Assembly (NCBI GenBank): GCA_947169105.1
Contig: CAMVOL010000004.1
Span: forward strand, 40,656-104,655
DNA length: 64,000 nt
From: an uncultured Bacteroidales bacterium
GTDB lineage: Bacteria; Bacteroidota; Bacteroidia; Bacteroidales; WCHB1-69
Direction: 5' to 3'
Below, piece after piece: positions 43,117-53,500 of this stretch. The number at the start of each line of letters is the position of its first letter. Positions within the stretch are counted from its first letter, which is position 1. Under the pieces are notes generated by a model that searched no databases, was not told the origin of the DNA, and worked only from the letters and a program-made list of their open reading frames with translations. Made by a program: the position numbers and the translations under genes.

Positions 43117-43458
43117 TCACACATTCGCTGTTGCTGCCGTTGGCTTTACAACCCACGGGCTAACGTTGCGAATGGAATTGAAACGGGATATGACGGATTC
43201 TTTCGTCCTGCTAGTCTGAATGTTGTATCGGGCTTGCATATTCAGCCAGTGTTCTGCAGGTGTGCCTAAAGCGGCTTCTACAAGCAACGCAAAATCGGAC
43301 GTAATGGGCCTTTTCCCATTCAAAATCTCATTCAATCTGGTATAGGATACAGAAATGGTTTCAGCAAAATCCTTTTGGCGTATGCCCCGAAATGCCAATT
43401 CCTCTTTTAGTATTTCTCCAGGGTGTATGGCAGTAAAAGAAAATCCCAAATCGCTCAT
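43117..43458 (-). CDS. higA: HigA-family antitoxin (XRE helix-turn-helix)
   Basis: IHPGEILKEELAFRGIRQKDFAETISVSYTRLNEILNGKRPITSDFALLVEAALGTPAEHWLNMQ. Confidence 0.85.
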   Translation of the reverse strand: MSDLGFSFTAIHPGEILKEELAFRGIRQKDFAETISVSYTRLNEILNGKRPITSDFALLVEAALGTPAEHWLNMQARYNIQTSRTKESVISRFNSIRNVSPWVVKPTAATANV

Positions 43459-43465
43459 ATTATTC

Positions 43466-43780
43466 TTATTTATAATGTTTTGTAATGTCTAGAATGTTAC
43501 ATATTATGATTACAGGTTCCTTTGTTTCCGTAACGACAAATTCTAATCTGTATTTTGAATCTATACGTATCGATGATATTCCTGCTTTGTTGCCAGATAA
43601 AACCTCATAATTCAGTGAGTTAAGAACATAGAGGGATTCAACGTTGGGTGCTTCTGCTAATGTTATGATGCGTTTCACATAATTTCGGGCGACAATAGGC
43701 TGAAACCAATGCTTCCTGTCTGAGCACTTTCCTGTGTAATATAGTTCTGACAAATATTCTTTATCAAAGTGGATTTTCAT
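43466..43780 (-). CDS. higB: HigB/RelE-family toxin (plasmid maintenance system killer type)
   Basis: The track start 43798 is TTG; the ATG is at 43780. LNYEVLSGNKAGISSIRIDSKYRLEFV matches the HigB core pattern. Confidence 0.8.
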   Translation of the reverse strand: MKIHFDKEYLSELYYTGKCSDRKHWFQPIVARNYVKRIITLAEAPNVESLYVLNSLNYEVLSGNKAGISSIRIDSKYRLEFVVTETKEPVIIICNILDITKHYK

Positions 43781-43795
43781 ATTGATTTTCGGCTG

Positions 43796-43803
43796 CAAAA
43801 TTA
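43796..43803 (-). promoter_or_regulatory. -7 box (TAatTTTG) for higBA
   Basis: The + strand caaaatta lies about 16 nt upstream of ATG 43780. Confidence 0.55.
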
Positions 43804-43847
43804 CAATAAATCTTCAAATAATTCACTAAAATAGTGAATTATTTTTT

Positions 43848-46463
43848 TCATTTTCGCGCCACGGCCACCACCTTGCGGTAGTTCTTCGTACGCCCGTACA
43901 GATTCCACACCCTTACGAAAACCACATACATTCCGTTGCTCACCGTCCGCCCGTCGTCCGTCACCGCGTCCCACCGGAACCGTTCGTCCGTGCCGCAAAT
44001 ACGGTTGTCGCACAACCTCCGTATGCGGTGCCCGTCCTGGTCGTAAATATCTACAATCACCCGCTGTCCCGTCGTGGGGAAGTGGCAGAATACCTCGGCA
44101 AAGTCGTGGTAGCCGTCGCCGTCGGGGGAAATTACCTCCGGCTCCACCGTCACCGTCTCATTCCCGCCGCCCGCCTCCGAGTGCTGTGAGTTACGGTAGC
44201 CCGGAGTTCCCCAGCCGCACGACTCCGCAGCAGATGTCCAATTCTCAGGGTCTTGCGTAAGCCCGTCAAGATGGATACGTTCCAGCGCCACCCCGTCGGT
44301 GCTATTGAGCAACGGGTAGTGCAGGGAGGCGTCGTAGGTGAAACGGTCGAGGTGGTTCAGCTCCGCATCCAGCAGATGCACAGTTCCCGTCTCGTTGGGG
44401 TAAGAGGGAAGTTTCTCGTTTTCAAGAAGGTTCTGCGGTAACGGTGGGGCATACTGCTCTATCGTCAAAGACCGGTTCTTGCAGATGGCCGCATACTGCT
44501 GCGGGAACAGCAGAAAACCGTCCGCCATCGTCTCCACGGCGTTGTCAGGCACTTCCCCGTTGCCGATGCCGAGCCGTGTCTTTCCCAAGTCAATGATTTT
44601 GTCCGACCGGTTGTACAGCTCTACATAGTCACCATCGGTGTCATTGAACGGGTTCGACAGCACCTCATTGAGGATGAGGTCGCCGGCGATGGGTGTTTCC
44701 GGCAGGCCGAAGGTAGCAAACTCGCCGTCCGACAGCCAGTTTCCGACGCAGTCGCAGAGGGTGTCGTGCAAGGTTAAGGTATAGATGGTGCGTGCGTCCA
44801 ACGGCGCGTCCAGCGTGAGGGTGGTGTAGTGGAACTCCGGCGGCTCTTCGGTCGCAGCTGTTACCGTTACCCCACGGTCGATTTGGAAGATGTCACGGGC
44901 GGCGGCGGTGTCGAAACGGACTGGCTCGGTGAAGAAGACCCGCACGTGACGGTCGTCCGGTATGGTGACTTTTTCTATACGAGGCATCGTAACATCCTTG
45001 TTGTCAGTTGATATGGAGTTGGAAGTACAGGGAGTGCCTCCCGCCGCCGCCACCGATGAATCCCAGTTGTCTGCACTACCGCAAGGATTGTCCGTATCCA
45101 TCATCTCCAACGACCACCCGCCGTCACGCTTCAGCGGATTTCGGTGCCATGTCTTCTTGTATGCCACATAGTGGATCGCCTCACCTTCGTCCGAAAGCAA
45201 CGTCAGTTTCTGTCCGTCATCGGTGAGACTGAAGGAGTTGACGGCGTAGATGTTGAGGGTGCTGTCCCAATAGTCGAGCGTTGCCGTGGAGACGATGACG
45301 ACCTCCCCGTTGGCGGGGATGGCGACTTCGGAAAGTGTCCGGTCGTTTGTCCCTATTCGTAACGTCCAGTTATCCAATGTGATGTCGAAGGGGAGACGGT
45401 TGTGCAGTTCTACGAATTCGCTTGCGGGCAATCCTACTGGTGGTGAGGGGTCGGCCATGATCTCACTGATTACGAGTTCGTTCCTGCGTATTTTGTAAAA
45501 AAGAAAGGGTAGGAGCGTGTCCGTCATCCGATTGCCATTGATGTCCGTAATATCTTCAATGGCAAGATGATAACGTTCCCTTTCGGTGAAATCTTCCGAA
45601 AAGGTCAGTTCTATGCTCCGTTGCGAATTGTCGGTGAAGTGGCACTCCGTCGGATGTGTGGGTCGTTCAGCTACGGAATAGTGGGGCGTATCCAAAGCTC
45701 CCGTGGTGACAGGTTCGCTGAAGGTCACTGTCATTCGGTTCCGCTGGTGGCGGTCGGGCGTGACGGAGATGACGGCAGGTGCGAGCGTGTCACGGATCGG
45801 CGGCCCGCAGTAGAAATCGTCGAAATAAAACTTTGTCTTGTTCCCCGAAGTGTAGGTGCATTCAATTCCAAAATATTGGTTTTGAGCACATGCCGATTCG
45901 CTACCGGGCGGACTTTCGCCGCTGCCAATCTCCTCATAGATGCCATTGGCTGTTTCCGCTGCATAAATCCGCCATAGGTTTCCCTGCTCTTTTACTATTT
46001 TTATATATAGGGATGTGCTGCTGGCGATGGAACGGTTGCATCGGAAAACAGAAGTGGACTCCCCATTTTCTTGAAAAAACAGTTCGGGAACGTCATTGCT
46101 GCCTGCCTCACCCAATTGTAAGTAAAATTCTGTTAATTGATTGTTATCTAAAATGGGCTGATTTGCAGCCAAATGTACTCTGGCATTGTTGTTTCCCGAA
46201 GGCGAAAACGATAGTTTGACGAAAAAACGCCATTCCACTTCCTCTTCACGAAACAGATTGTCCGTCATCAGCCATGCCTTGCCGCTCTCGTTGCCGTTCA
46301 GCTGTAGCTGTTGTGCTCCGTTGATGATGAATTGCGCCGTGTCGCCCACCCATTTCGGATTTTCGGAGAAATTCCCGTCCGAAAAGTCATCGCTGAACTG
46401 CCCGCGCAATGGGATGGATAGTAGGTATAAAATACTGATAATAAACCACTTGTTGCGTTTCAT
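43848..46463 (-). CDS. secreted lamin-tail-domain (LTD) repeat protein with a C-terminal Ig/FlgD-like sorting-type domain
   Basis: ATG 46463 gives MKRNKWFIISILYLL. Two LTD signatures: LVISEIMADPSP..ASEFVELHN and LILNEVLSNPFNDTDGDYVELYN. C-terminus GDGYHDFAEVF...NGMYVVFVRVWN. Confidence 0.75.
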   Translation of the reverse strand: MKRNKWFIISILYLLSIPLRGQFSDDFSDGNFSENPKWVGDTAQFIINGAQQLQLNGNESGKAWLMTDNLFREEEVEWRFFVKLSFSPSGNNNARVHLAANQPILDNNQLTEFYLQLGEAGSNDVPELFFQENGESTSVFRCNRSIASSTSLYIKIVKEQGNLWRIYAAETANGIYEEIGSGESPPGSESACAQNQYFGIECTYTSGNKTKFYFDDFYCGPPIRDTLAPAVISVTPDRHQRNRMTVTFSEPVTTGALDTPHYSVAERPTHPTECHFTDNSQRSIELTFSEDFTERERYHLAIEDITDINGNRMTDTLLPFLFYKIRRNELVISEIMADPSPPVGLPASEFVELHNRLPFDITLDNWTLRIGTNDRTLSEVAIPANGEVVIVSTATLDYWDSTLNIYAVNSFSLTDDGQKLTLLSDEGEAIHYVAYKKTWHRNPLKRDGGWSLEMMDTDNPCGSADNWDSSVAAAGGTPCTSNSISTDNKDVTMPRIEKVTIPDDRHVRVFFTEPVRFDTAAARDIFQIDRGVTVTAATEEPPEFHYTTLTLDAPLDARTIYTLTLHDTLCDCVGNWLSDGEFATFGLPETPIAGDLILNEVLSNPFNDTDGDYVELYNRSDKIIDLGKTRLGIGNGEVPDNAVETMADGFLLFPQQYAAICKNRSLTIEQYAPPLPQNLLENEKLPSYPNETGTVHLLDAELNHLDRFTYDASLHYPLLNSTDGVALERIHLDGLTQDPENWTSAAESCGWGTPGYRNSQHSEAGGGNETVTVEPEVISPDGDGYHDFAEVFCHFPTTGQRVIVDIYDQDGHRIRRLCDNRICGTDERFRWDAVTDDGRTVSNGMYVVFVRVWNLYGRTKNYRKVVAVARK

Positions 46464-46505
46464 GACCATGTGATTTTTTAAATAAATTTCGGATGTTTCG
46501 TGCCG

Positions 46506-46513
46506 CAAATTTA
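46506..46513 (-). promoter_or_regulatory. -7 box (TAaaTTTG) for the LTD gene
   Basis: The + strand caaattta lies about 43 nt upstream of ATG 46463, back-to-back with the asd box. Confidence 0.5.
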
Positions 46514-46514
46514 C

Positions 46515-46522
46515 TATCTTTG
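46515..46522 (+). promoter_or_regulatory. -7 box (TAtcTTTG) for asd
   Basis: TATCTTTG lies about 52 nt upstream of ATG 46574. Confidence 0.55.
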
Positions 46523-46573
46523 CATCCCCAATTTCAAGGGTTTTTAACTTTTATTAATAAAAAATTTGGAAAT

Positions 46574-47563
46574 ATGAAAATTGCTTTGGTCGGTGCCACC
46601 GGATTGGTGGGAAGTGTTATGCGCAAAGTATTGGAAGAAAGAGGCTTTTGTAATTGTGAGTTTATCCCGGCGGCCTCTGAACGTTCCGTTGGCAAGGAGG
46701 TCTCTTTCGCCGGACGCAGCTGCAAAGTGGTCTCGGTAGCCGATGCCATTGCCGCACGCCCCGACTTCGCCATCTTTTCCGCTGGAAGCTCTGCCTCCCT
46801 GTTGTACGCCCCGCAGTTCGCGGAGGTCGGCACCACGGTCATTGACAACTCGTCAGCGTGGCGCGGTTACGAACATATCCCGCTCGTCGTGCCCGAAATT
46901 AACATTGACGCGGTTTCCCCCGCCGACCGTATCATCGCCAACCCGAACTGCTCCACTATCCAGATGGTGCTGGCGTTGGCTCCGTTGCATTGGAAATACA
47001 AAATTCACCGCTTGGTTATCTCTACCTATCAGTCTGTTACGGGCACGGGTATGAAGGCGGTGACGCAGTTGAATGCCGAACGTGCCGGCCAACCGTGCGA
47101 GAAGGTCTATCCTTACGTAATCGACCTGAACGTGCTGCCCCACGGGGGGTCTTTCGAGGCCAATGGGTACACTTCCGAAGAGATGAAGTTGGTGAATGAA
47201 ACCCGCAAAATCCTTTCCGACAATAAGATAATGATTACAGCAACGGTCGTCCGTGTGCCAGTTTTCGGCGGTCATTCCGAAGCGGTGAACGTGGAGTTTG
47301 AAAACGAGTACGATTTGGCCGAAGTCCGCCGTCTTTTGGAGGAGATGCCCGGCATCATTGTGCAGGACACACCCGAAGCCAATCTCTATCCGATGCCCCG
47401 CTTTGCAAAAGACAGGGACGAGGTGTTTGTGGGACGCCTCCGTCGCGACGAATCTCAACCCAAAACATTGAATATGTGGATAGTAGCGGACAATCTCCGA
47501 AAAGGTGCCGCTACCAATGCCATTCAAATTATGCAGAAATTGATAGAAAAAAGGGGACTGTAA
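46574..47563 (+). CDS. asd: aspartate-semialdehyde dehydrogenase
   Basis: ATG 46574 gives MKIALVGATGLVGSVM. Active-site IANPNCSTIQMV. Confidence 0.93.
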   Translation: MKIALVGATGLVGSVMRKVLEERGFCNCEFIPAASERSVGKEVSFAGRSCKVVSVADAIAARPDFAIFSAGSSASLLYAPQFAEVGTTVIDNSSAWRGYEHIPLVVPEINIDAVSPADRIIANPNCSTIQMVLALAPLHWKYKIHRLVISTYQSVTGTGMKAVTQLNAERAGQPCEKVYPYVIDLNVLPHGGSFEANGYTSEEMKLVNETRKILSDNKIMITATVVRVPVFGGHSEAVNVEFENEYDLAEVRRLLEEMPGIIVQDTPEANLYPMPRFAKDRDEVFVGRLRRDESQPKTLNMWIVADNLRKGAATNAIQIMQKLIEKRGL

Positions 47564-47578
47564 AGCCCCCTTTTTTTG
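47545..47578. terminator. bidirectional rho-independent terminator between convergent asd and lgt
   Basis: aaaaaagggg-actgtaaagc-cccctttttt: an A-run, a GC stem and a T-run, usable on both strands. Confidence 0.7.
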
Positions 47579-47601
47579 TCCCTTATTCCCATAAGATTTC
47601 T

Positions 47602-48495
47602 TTACTTTTTCTTGTCGGTTATCTTCTCTTTTGGACCGTCATAAACGGGAATCTTATCCTGTTTTACAATCGAATAGATGAGGAATCCGATGCCGAGCAG
47701 AATCATCGGGATGCTGAGTTTCTGCCCGATGTTGAGAATCATGGTCGCCTCCTTCGCCACTTGGTCGGCTTTGAGAAATTCGATGAGAAAACGGGCAGTG
47801 AAGATGACGAGAATCATAATGCCCGTTGTGCGTCCCGGAGGCACTTTCCCTTTGGCAAAACGGAAGTAATAGACGGTCAATGCGACAAACAAGAGGAAAT
47901 AGACGATGGATTCGTAGAGTTGCGACGGGTGTCGGAAGGTGCCGGCGATGGCGGAACCGTCGGAATCGTAGCCGCCGTAGATGAAGTTGAAGGCCCACGG
48001 CATCGTGGTGACGGAGCCGAAAATCTCGTGGTTCATCAGGTTGCCCAACCGCACGAAGGCGGCTGCGATGGGGATAGCGATAACGATTCTGTCAATGAGC
48101 CAGAAGAAGTTCATCTTGCGGGTGTAGGCAAAATAGACAATCCACAGGATCATGGCAATGGCACCGCCGTGGCTCGCCAATCCCTGATAGCCGATGAAGT
48201 GCCAGTCTTCGTCAATGGGCAGCAGCACCTGTAGAGGGTGCGCCACCAGAAATTCCGGTTCGTAGAACAGAAAATGCCCCAACCGCAAACCAACAATGCA
48301 CCACACAATCGTCCAGATGGAGAAAGTATCCAGTGTTTTTTGCGGAACTTCTTCCTTCCTGAAAATCTGCTGTAATGTCATGTAAGCCAGTACAAAACCC
48401 AGAGCAAGCAGGATGCCGTACCAACGGATTTCCATGCTGCCGAGGCTGAATGCCACGGGGTTAACCGTCCAGGTTATAAATGCTAAGAGGTTCAT
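47602..48495 (-). CDS. lgt: prolipoprotein diacylglyceryl transferase
   Basis: The track start 48498 is TTG; the ATG is at 48495. IRWYGILLALGFVLAY and GRLGNLMNHEIFG-like VRLGNLMNHEIFG. Confidence 0.9.
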   Translation of the reverse strand: MNLLAFITWTVNPVAFSLGSMEIRWYGILLALGFVLAYMTLQQIFRKEEVPQKTLDTFSIWTIVWCIVGLRLGHFLFYEPEFLVAHPLQVLLPIDEDWHFIGYQGLASHGGAIAMILWIVYFAYTRKMNFFWLIDRIVIAIPIAAAFVRLGNLMNHEIFGSVTTMPWAFNFIYGGYDSDGSAIAGTFRHPSQLYESIVYFLLFVALTVYYFRFAKGKVPPGRTTGIMILVIFTARFLIEFLKADQVAKEATMILNIGQKLSIPMILLGIGFLIYSIVKQDKIPVYDGPKEKITDKKK

Positions 48496-48533
48496 CAAGT
48501 TACAAGTTTATCAAGTTACAAGTTTATCAGGTC

Positions 48534-48638
48534 GTAGGTAAAAGGAAGAAGGTAGAAGGTAGAAGGTAAAAGGTATTAGGTATGAAGTTTAAAGAGGGGT
48601 TTGTGCGATAGCAACCTATTACTTATTACTTTTTACTC
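48534..48638 (-). repeat. long imperfect hairpin element, copy D (reverse orientation), inside the pheS-lgt spacer
   Basis: Read on the - strand: gtaaaaagtaataagtaatagg - ttgctatcgcacaaaccc - ctctttaaacttcatacctaataccttttacc. Collinear with copy C. Confidence 0.7.
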
Positions 48639-48642
48639 GAAA

Positions 48643-49665
48643 CTACAGTTTCGCTGCGGTGAATTGTTGAAGGAAACGGACGTCGTTCTCGAAGTAGAGG
48701 CGGATGTCGTTGGTCTTGTACTTGAGCATGGTCATGCGTTCGATGCCGAGGCCGAAAGCAAAACCGGAGTATTTTTTGCTGTCGATGCCGCAGTTTTCGA
48801 GCACGTTAGGATCGACCATGCCGCAGCCGAGGATTTCCACCCAGCCGGTGTGCTTGCACAGGGCGCAGCCTTCGCCGCCGCAGATGTTGCACGACACGTC
48901 CATTTCCGCCGACGGCTCCGTGAACGGGAAGTAGGAGGGACGCAGACGGATGCGTGTGCTTTCGCCGAACATCTGTTTTGCAAAATACATCAGTGTCTGC
49001 TTCATGTCGGCGAAAGAGACGTTTTCGTCGATGTACAGACCTTCCATCTGGTGGAAGATGCAGTGTGCGCGGGAAGTGATGGCTTCGTTGCGGAATACGC
49101 GGCCCGGGCAGATGACGCGGATGGGAGGCTTTTGCTTCTCCATCGTCCGCACCTGAAGCGTGGAGGTGTGGGTGCGGAGCGCGATGTCGGGCTTCTGGTC
49201 AATGAAGAAGGTGTCCTGCATGTCGCGGGCGGGATGCTCCTCCGGGAAGTTGAGGGCCGTGAAGATGTGCCAGTCATCCTCAATGTCGGGGCCGGAAACG
49301 GTGGTGAAGCCTATTCTCTCGAAGATGTCGCAAACTTCGTCCATCATGATGGAGATGGGGTGGCGGGATCCGAGTTCTACGGTAGCGCCGGGGCGGGTGA
49401 CGTCGGTCAGACTGCCCTCGGTGGGGGTGGCGTCTTCCAGACGCTGCTTCTGTTCGTCGAAGAATGTCTGTGCCTTCTGCTTCAGCAGGTTCACCTGTTG
49501 ACCGAAGGCTTTGCGCTGCTCTGCCGGCACATTCTTGATCTCGTTCAGCAGCGACTGCAACTCGCTTTTCTTGCTGAGGAATTTCAGACGGAAGTTGTCC
49601 AAGTCCGCCGCCGCGTTCACTTTGAACGCCTCTATTTCTGCTGTGATTTTTTCGATGTTGTCCAT
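48643..49665 (-). CDS. pheS: phenylalanine--tRNA ligase alpha subunit
   Basis: 340 aa. HPARDMQDTFF, FRNEAITSRAHCIFHQMEG, GFAFGLGIERM. Confidence 0.95.
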   Translation of the reverse strand: MDNIEKITAEIEAFKVNAAADLDNFRLKFLSKKSELQSLLNEIKNVPAEQRKAFGQQVNLLKQKAQTFFDEQKQRLEDATPTEGSLTDVTRPGATVELGSRHPISIMMDEVCDIFERIGFTTVSGPDIEDDWHIFTALNFPEEHPARDMQDTFFIDQKPDIALRTHTSTLQVRTMEKQKPPIRVICPGRVFRNEAITSRAHCIFHQMEGLYIDENVSFADMKQTLMYFAKQMFGESTRIRLRPSYFPFTEPSAEMDVSCNICGGEGCALCKHTGWVEILGCGMVDPNVLENCGIDSKKYSGFAFGLGIERMTMLKYKTNDIRLYFENDVRFLQQFTAAKL

Positions 49666-49738
49666 TATCTTTCTCTATAATGAGACCCACGGCCGTGTGT
49701 CTCTACTTGATGAACTTTATTACTTGATAAACTTGCAA

Positions 49739-50497
49739 CTATTTGAGAATTTCGGTGGAGAGGATTTTGATGTCGGCTGTGGGGCGGTCGTAGCGGTCTT
49801 TGGGCTTGGCTGCGATTTTATCCACCACGTCCATGCCTTCCACTACCTCGCCAAAGACGGTGTAGTCACCGTCAAGGAAGGGGGCGCCGCCGATGGTTTC
49901 GTAAACCTTGCGCTGCTCTTCTGTGAAGGATTTGCCGTACTGGTACGAAATCTGTGCCATCAGGTTGGAATTGAAAGGCTTGCCGTCCACGATATAGAAT
50001 TGTGAGCCGGAAGAGGCCTTGGTGGGGTTCACTTGGTCTCCCTGACGGGCCGCCGCCACCGCGCCGCGTTTGTGGTAGTTCTCGGGTTTGAACTCCGCGG
50101 GGATGGTGTAGCCGGGACCGCCGTTGCCGAGCATTTTGCCCGCCGGTGCGCCCTTCGATTCGGGATCGCCCGTCTGAATCATAAACCCTTGGATGATGCG
50201 GTGGAACAGGACCCCGTTGTAGAATCCGTCATTCACCAGTTTGAGGAAGTTTTCCTTGTGCTTCGGCGTGTTGTCGTAGAGGGCAATGGTTATGTCACCT
50301 TCCGACGTTTTGATCAGTACTTTGGTCAGATTTTCCATATCACGGATGTTTTGTGGTTTTTCAGTCTGGTTTTCTGTAGTCGTCGAGACCGCCGCTGTTT
50401 CGGTGCGTTCCGCTGGTGCCTTGCTGGTTTTGGAGGAGCAGCAACTTGCCAAGAAGAGGCTGAACAGGACGGTCAGTATTAACGAAAATTTCTTCAT
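49739..50497 (-). CDS. cyclophilin-type peptidyl-prolyl isomerase (lipoprotein)
   Basis: Lipobox LFLASCCS. FHRIIQGFMIQTGDP, SGSQFYIV. Confidence 0.9.
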   Translation of the reverse strand: MKKFSLILTVLFSLFLASCCSSKTSKAPAERTETAAVSTTTENQTEKPQNIRDMENLTKVLIKTSEGDITIALYDNTPKHKENFLKLVNDGFYNGVLFHRIIQGFMIQTGDPESKGAPAGKMLGNGGPGYTIPAEFKPENYHKRGAVAAARQGDQVNPTKASSGSQFYIVDGKPFNSNLMAQISYQYGKSFTEEQRKVYETIGGAPFLDGDYTVFGEVVEGMDVVDKIAAKPKDRYDRPTADIKILSTEILK

Positions 50498-50516
50498 ATC
50501 TGTCGGTTTTCAAAGA

Positions 50517-53500
50517 TTAATATTTTTCAAAAGAATTGGCCCCAAAATACATGGCTAATTGTGAGACATACTGACGGTGGATGTTTTTCGCTTTTTCTGC
50601 GGTGTTCTGGTCTCCGCAGGCTTCAAAGAGTTTGATGGAACGTTCCAGACCTTTCATGCTCTGGGCTGCTTCCTGCAACTGGTCGTTTATCTGGTCTTCC
50701 GTCGCCTGAATGCGTTGCTCCACATTCTCGCGGCTCTCTTCGCCGCTGTTGGCGCGGCTGATGAGCATCGAACGTTCTGTTACCAGCGATTGCACATTGC
50801 CCATCGCGTTTTGGATGGTATGTTCGGCATTTGCTACCATGTAATTGCCGCTCTTTGAAAGCTTCACCCCGCTGAAATCCAACGGATCCTTGGCATATTC
50901 CATCATTCTGGGTAGGAACATGCTATAGATGAGTTCAAGGTTCTCGTGGTGAATTTTCAGGGTGCGGTCATCGGCGCCCTCGTAGAAGTTGAGTTCCTCC
51001 TTCATCACGCTCCAAATCGTGTTGAGCAGTTGCATGGCCTTTTCGGGATTGCAAGCGTTGTACATCTTGGCAATCTCAATCCACCGGTCGGTGTAACCGG
51101 GGTTACGGTTCAACTTATAGCAGATGAGGTCGTTGGGGAGCACTTGCTGGCAGTGGTCGAGCACCCGTTCCGCGCTGTCGAGTTTGTGCTCGTTGATCAG
51201 TTGCTGCGCCAGGCGGCTGTGGATGTTCTGGATGTAGTAGCAGGTGCGGATGTTGTCATCGGAGTTATAGACCCGTGGGTCGTTTATGCCGCCCCAAGCG
51301 TAGGGATAGGGCTCCTGCGCTGGTGCGTCGGGATGGTTGACACGGTCGATACGGGTGTGGTCATCGAACTTGTTCATCACGTTCTCATACAGGATGTCGC
51401 TGTCGATGCGGCCGGCTCTGCTTGATTTGATAGGCACCAAGCGGTAGGCGAAGCCTTCCAGCTGGAAGTATTCCTCCAATCCAAAGTAGCCGTCGCTGCC
51501 CATGGAGGTGGCGAAATAGATGGGACGTTCCCAGTTGTTGGTGGCGAGCATGTCAAGAACCATCAGGGCAGAACGTGAGGCGATGGTGCTCTTAAGATTC
51601 CAGCGAATGCGGTCCACGATGAGTGCGGTATCCTTCTCCTTGACGGTTCCGTTGGCGATAACCTTTTCACGGTCAACGGGTATGGAGAAGCTGGCAGGGA
51701 TGTCCTGTCCCACGTAGGCGCCGTAGTAGGGGAGGGAAGCACCGCATTTCAGACGGGATTGCCCGTTGTACTGGGGCTGTTTGATGATGTCCATCACGGT
51801 GTTGAGGTCACGGTATTCTCCATTGCCTTGCAGGAAGAAGACGGCATCACGTGTACCGTCGCGGTACTGCACCTTCTCCATCGAAATCGGCAGCGGGTCG
51901 GAGTTGTAGGCTTTCCGTTTCATCTGATCGACGTACCAGCCGGCGGAGAGCAGCGACAAGTTGCAGACGCGCACGTCGGTGCGGTATCCTTCCACCTCTT
52001 GGGCGTACCAGAGCGGGAAGGTGTCGTTGTCGCCCATTGTGAAGATGATGGCATTTGGCGCACAGGAGTCAAGGTAGGCCTTGGCTGCGGCCAGTGCCGT
52101 GTAGCGGTGCGAGCGGTTGTGGTCGTCCCAGTTCTGGGAAGCCATCAGCCCCGGCACGAGGCCGAGGCAGAGGCACGTGGTCAGCACGGCGGCGACCACC
52201 TGCACTTTGCTGTTCTTCAGCTTTTCAAAAAGGGAATAGATGCCGAACACGCCGAACCCCACCCAGATGCTGAAGGCATAGAACGAGGCCGCAAAGGCGT
52301 AGTCACGCTCACGGGGCTGGAAGGCATACATGTTCAGGTAGAAGCCGATAGCCAAGCCGGTCATCAGGAAGAGCATCAGCACAATGAAGGAGTTCTTGCC
52401 GTCGCGGGCGGAATAGAACAGGATGCCGATGATGCCCAACAGCAGCGGCAACATATAATATTTGTTATGCCCCTTGTTCTCGTTGGCTTTCAGGTCGGCC
52501 TGCTTGCCGAGGAATTTCTGGTCTATGGCGTTGATGCCAGTGATCCAGTTGCCCTCCAGCTCACCGCCCATACCCTGCACATCACCTTGCCGTCCGCTGA
52601 AGTTCCACAGGAAGTACCGCCAGTACATATAATAGAACTGGTAGGAGTGCATGAACTTGATGTTTTCCTGATAGTCGGGGATGCGGGTCTTGTTGAGCAG
52701 CTTCGCCGCTTTGACCGGGTCGTTGGCGTACAGCCAGTTGATATAATTGGCTTTGTGCTCGTGGTCGTACATACGCGGCATGAAGCGCTTCTGGCTGTCG
52801 TCGTAATAAGGTACGGAATTCTCCCGCTTGTCGGCAATGACGTACTTCTTTGCGGCGTCGTCACGCACATACACCGGATTGCCGTTCTCGTAGCGGGACG
52901 GACGAGAGTCGTAGGTGCGGCCCGTAAGGAACGGAGTGTCGCCGTACTGTTCGCGGTTCAGGTAGGCGAGGAGGGCGACCGCATCCTCCGGATTGTTCTC
53001 GTCAATGGTCGGGTTGGCGTTGGAACGGATGGTAAGTACGAAGAAGGTGGAATAGCCGATGAGCAGGAACAGGAAGCAGTAAACGCCCGCCACCAGATTG
53101 CCCTTGCCTTTCTTGTAGCCGTACCACAATCCCCATGCGATGAGGGCGGCAATGAGGACGAAATAGATAATGGTGCCGGAGTTGAACGGCATTCCGAAGG
53201 TGTTGACAAAGAAAATCTCGAATTTGCCGGCAAGGTTCACAATCATCGGGATGATTCCGTAAAGAACCAATCCCAAGAGGATGAAGGAACCGACAAGGGA
53301 GAAGAGAATGCCCCATTCGGCCAACGAGCTGAAAGTGCCTTTGCGATAACAGATGATCAAAAGCGGCAGGGAAATGAAGAGCCAGATGATGATCATCGCC
53401 GCTGTCGGGAAGAAGACGGCTGCCACGACCGAAGCCAGCGCGATGGTCTGCAACACGCCCCAAACCGTCGCTTTCTTCGACAGCTTGAAATAGACAATCA

